Shown: positions 30,198-32,000 of the stretch, piece by piece | Layout: each line of letters begins with the position of its first letter | Numbering within the stretch: position 1 is the first letter of the stretch | DNA from: Desulfobulbus propionicus DSM 2032 | Lineage (GTDB): Bacteria > Desulfobacterota > Desulfobulbia > Desulfobulbales > Desulfobulbaceae | Assembly: GCF_000186885.1 (NCBI RefSeq) | Contig: NC_014972.1 | Location: 1,770,001-1,802,000 of the forward strand | Reading direction: 5' to 3' | Length of the DNA: 32,000 bases | Position numbers and translations under genes: made by a program | Notes under the pieces: model-generated | Database searches by the model: none | The model's input: only the letters and a program-made list of their open reading frames with translations | What the model was told of the DNA's origin: nothing

Positions 30198-31196
30198 TTA
30201 GTTGACCGCGACCTGGGCGCGACCGTTGGCCTTGGCCTGGTAGAGGATGTCGTCGGCCCGTTCCAGCCAGGCATCGAGCTGCATGCCGCTTTTCCATTCG
30301 GACAGGCCGATGCTGACCGCCAGGCGCCCGGCCTGGGTGACGATGTTGAGTTCTTCCACGGCCTGGCACAACCGTTCGGCCAGGAAACGGGCATCCTCCA
30401 TGGCGGTATCGGGAAGGACGAGCAGGAATTCGTCGCCGCCCATGCGCACCAGCAGGTCGGAGAGCCGGATCTGACGCTGCAGCACCTCGGCCACCTGTTT
30501 GAGGACCTGATCGCCCATCAGATGCCCCATGGTGTCGTTGACCGCCTTGAAGTGGTCCAGATCCAGGGCCGCCAGAGTCAACGGCCGGCCATGGCGGTTG
30601 GCCTGCTCGACGATTGCCCCGATCCGCTCCTCGAAGACAAAACGGTTGGGCAGACCGGTGAGGCTGTCCTTGCGGGCCTGGGCAAAGATCTCTTCATACT
30701 CGATCGCCCGTTTGAGCGGATCGGCGAGAATCATCAGTGATTCGTCGATGAACTGCAATTCGTCCTCGGTCAGCGGCTTGCCCTTGCGCAGCATCACCAG
30801 CAGCCCGTAGCAGTCGGTGGAGTTGAAGGCCCATTTATGCACATGAAAGCCATCGGCCCGCACCATGGGCGGTTGAGCGTCCTGCTCCAAAACTTCCTGG
30901 GCCAATTGAATGGCCTGCCGCCGCTGCGGCCCATGATAGGAACAAAACATGTGCATCCGCTTCCGGCCGGGGTTGTGGTAGCCGATCAGTTCATGTCCGA
31001 CAAACTCCATCAACCAGATCGAGTAGGCCTCGATCATGGCCGGCAGATCGAGAATGCCCGCCATCCGTTGATACAGCGTATTGATCTTGCGCAATTTTTC
31101 CGATTGCTGCCGATAATGGCTCAGCTCGGACAACAGATTTTCCATGGTGGCGGCAATTTGAACATCGACCTGCTCATCAAGGGATTTCAATTCCAT
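30198..31196 (-). CDS. Diguanylate cyclase, GAF-like sensor domain + GGDEF domain
   Basis: The GGDEF domain reads DSLTGLPNR...LDLDHFKAVND..GH..GD...RLSDLLVRMGGDEFLLVL, with an intact A-site and an RxxD I-site 5 residues upstream. The track start at 31361 is a GTG followed by AT-rich low-GC3 codons. I start at ATG 31196-31194 (MELKSLDEQ...). Confidence 0.8.
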   Translation of the reverse strand: MELKSLDEQVDVQIAATMENLLSELSHYRQQSEKLRKINTLYQRMAGILDLPAMIEAYSIWLMEFVGHELIGYHNPGRKRMHMFCSYHGPQRRQAIQLAQEVLEQDAQPPMVRADGFHVHKWAFNSTDCYGLLVMLRKGKPLTEDELQFIDESLMILADPLKRAIEYEEIFAQARKDSLTGLPNRFVFEERIGAIVEQANRHGRPLTLAALDLDHFKAVNDTMGHLMGDQVLKQVAEVLQRQIRLSDLLVRMGGDEFLLVLPDTAMEDARFLAERLCQAVEELNIVTQAGRLAVSIGLSEWKSGMQLDAWLERADDILYQAKANGRAQVAVN

Positions 31197-31455
31197 GGCA
31201 TTCACTGAGGGGTGATAATTCCGTCGGGTGTGGAGCGATTCCGGTTGCCTCGACGCGCAGCCCAAGGCCTGCGGGGAGAACCATATGGAAAGAGTTAAGC
31301 GAATTGCATGCCTGTTTTGCTGAAATGTATTTTTTGTATGTAACATTAAAAGATTACCCACAGATAACGAATTCGGCGATCCTCTGCAAGCTGTTCATCG
31401 GGCGATTAGTCAGAATTTCGACAGTTGAGGTGAGGCGAGGGAAAAGGAGGGAACG

Positions 31456-32000
31456 GTGCCAGGAAAAATGACGATCGGCCAGATGTTCGTGGTCGGCTTT
31501 CGCGGCTGTGACATCGGCGCCAATGCTTGGCTTGTCGAGGCCATTGCCCGCGACGGCCTGGGCGGGGTAATCCTCTTTGACCGCAATGTCGACCGTTCGG
31601 TGCAGAACATCGAGTCGCCCGAACAGTTGCGGCGGTTGACCGCCGGCTTGCAACAGCAAGCCCGCACGCCGTTGTTCATCGCCGTTGATCAGGAAGGGGG
31701 CCGGGTTTGCCGGTTGAAGGAGCGGGACGGTTTTTTGCCCTCGCATTCCGCCGCCGAGCTGGCTGCGCTGGGTATCGAGGCCACCGCCCATCATGCCGAT
31801 ATTCTGGCGGAGGAACTGGCGGCCTGCGGCATCAACCTCAATTTCGCGCCGGTGGTCGATCTCGATCTCAATCCGGACAATCCGATCATCGGCCGTTACC
31901 AGCGGAGTTTCGGCGCCGATCCGGCCACGGTGGCCAGCCATGCCCGCGTCTTCGTCGAGGCCCATCACCGCCACGGTGTCGGCTGCTGTCTCAAGCATTT
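31456..32000 (+). CDS. nagZ: Beta-N-acetylhexosaminidase (GH3, NagZ), 5' part; continues beyond the window
   Basis: It is absent from the track because the frame has no stop before the window end. AAGGAGG (31444-31450) lies 5 nt before GTG 31456, and ATG 31468 is in frame. My translation is MPGKMTIGQMFVVGFRG...GLGGVILFDRN...PLFIAVDQEGGRVCRL...GINLNFAPVVDL...IIGRYQRSFG...CCLKH, which carries the GH3/NagZ hallmarks. Confidence 0.85.
   Translation, partial: MPGKMTIGQMFVVGFRGCDIGANAWLVEAIARDGLGGVILFDRNVDRSVQNIESPEQLRRLTAGLQQQARTPLFIAVDQEGGRVCRLKERDGFLPSHSAAELAALGIEATAHHADILAEELAACGINLNFAPVVDLDLNPDNPIIGRYQRSFGADPATVASHARVFVEAHHRHGVGCCLKH

Noticed and set aside
31197-31361. 55-codon N-terminal extension of the GGDEF ORF from GTG 31361
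   Set aside because: Its codons are AT-rich at third positions, unlike all supported genes here. The segment coincides with the AT-rich promoter region.

Overview
GC-rich bacterial chromosomal DNA with strong GC3 bias and a proteobacterial gene repertoire. I call 22 protein-coding genes, 18 on the minus strand and 4 on the plus strand. I found no rRNA, tRNA, CRISPR array, IS element, integrase or prophage remnant. Left to right: yciB; a two-gene exopolysaccharide module (a GH18-like/CE4 deacetylase/GT2 synthase fusion plus an exported GH26-like hydrolase); a YibE/F membrane protein; a PhoA-family alkaline phosphatase; a divergent ArsR/SmtB metal sensor with a DUF318-type permease; the alpha-2-macroglobulin (yfhM-type, thioester CTEQ intact) and pbpC pair; a same-strand run GNAT, YjgR/DUF853 ATPase, DUF2784, small secreted orphan, CBS-ACT, FapA/DUF342; uraA; a UvrD/PcrA-like helicase, folC and small HNH operon; a divergent 133-aa orphan; a GAF-GGDEF cyclase; and the 5' part of nagZ running off the right edge. 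nagZ is missing from the ORF track, which shows an antisense decoy instead. Many track ORFs are antisense shadow ORFs typical of high-GC DNA, and several real genes are over-extended at the N-terminus; I re-set starts using SD sequences and the GC3 transition. I see no convincing defence island, mobile element or clearly new multi-gene system. The most unusual item is the single-polypeptide synthase/deacetylase/degenerate-GH18 fusion with its hydrolase partner. All other findings are modest regulatory or annotation observations. Family assignments rest on motif recognition from memory, not on searches.
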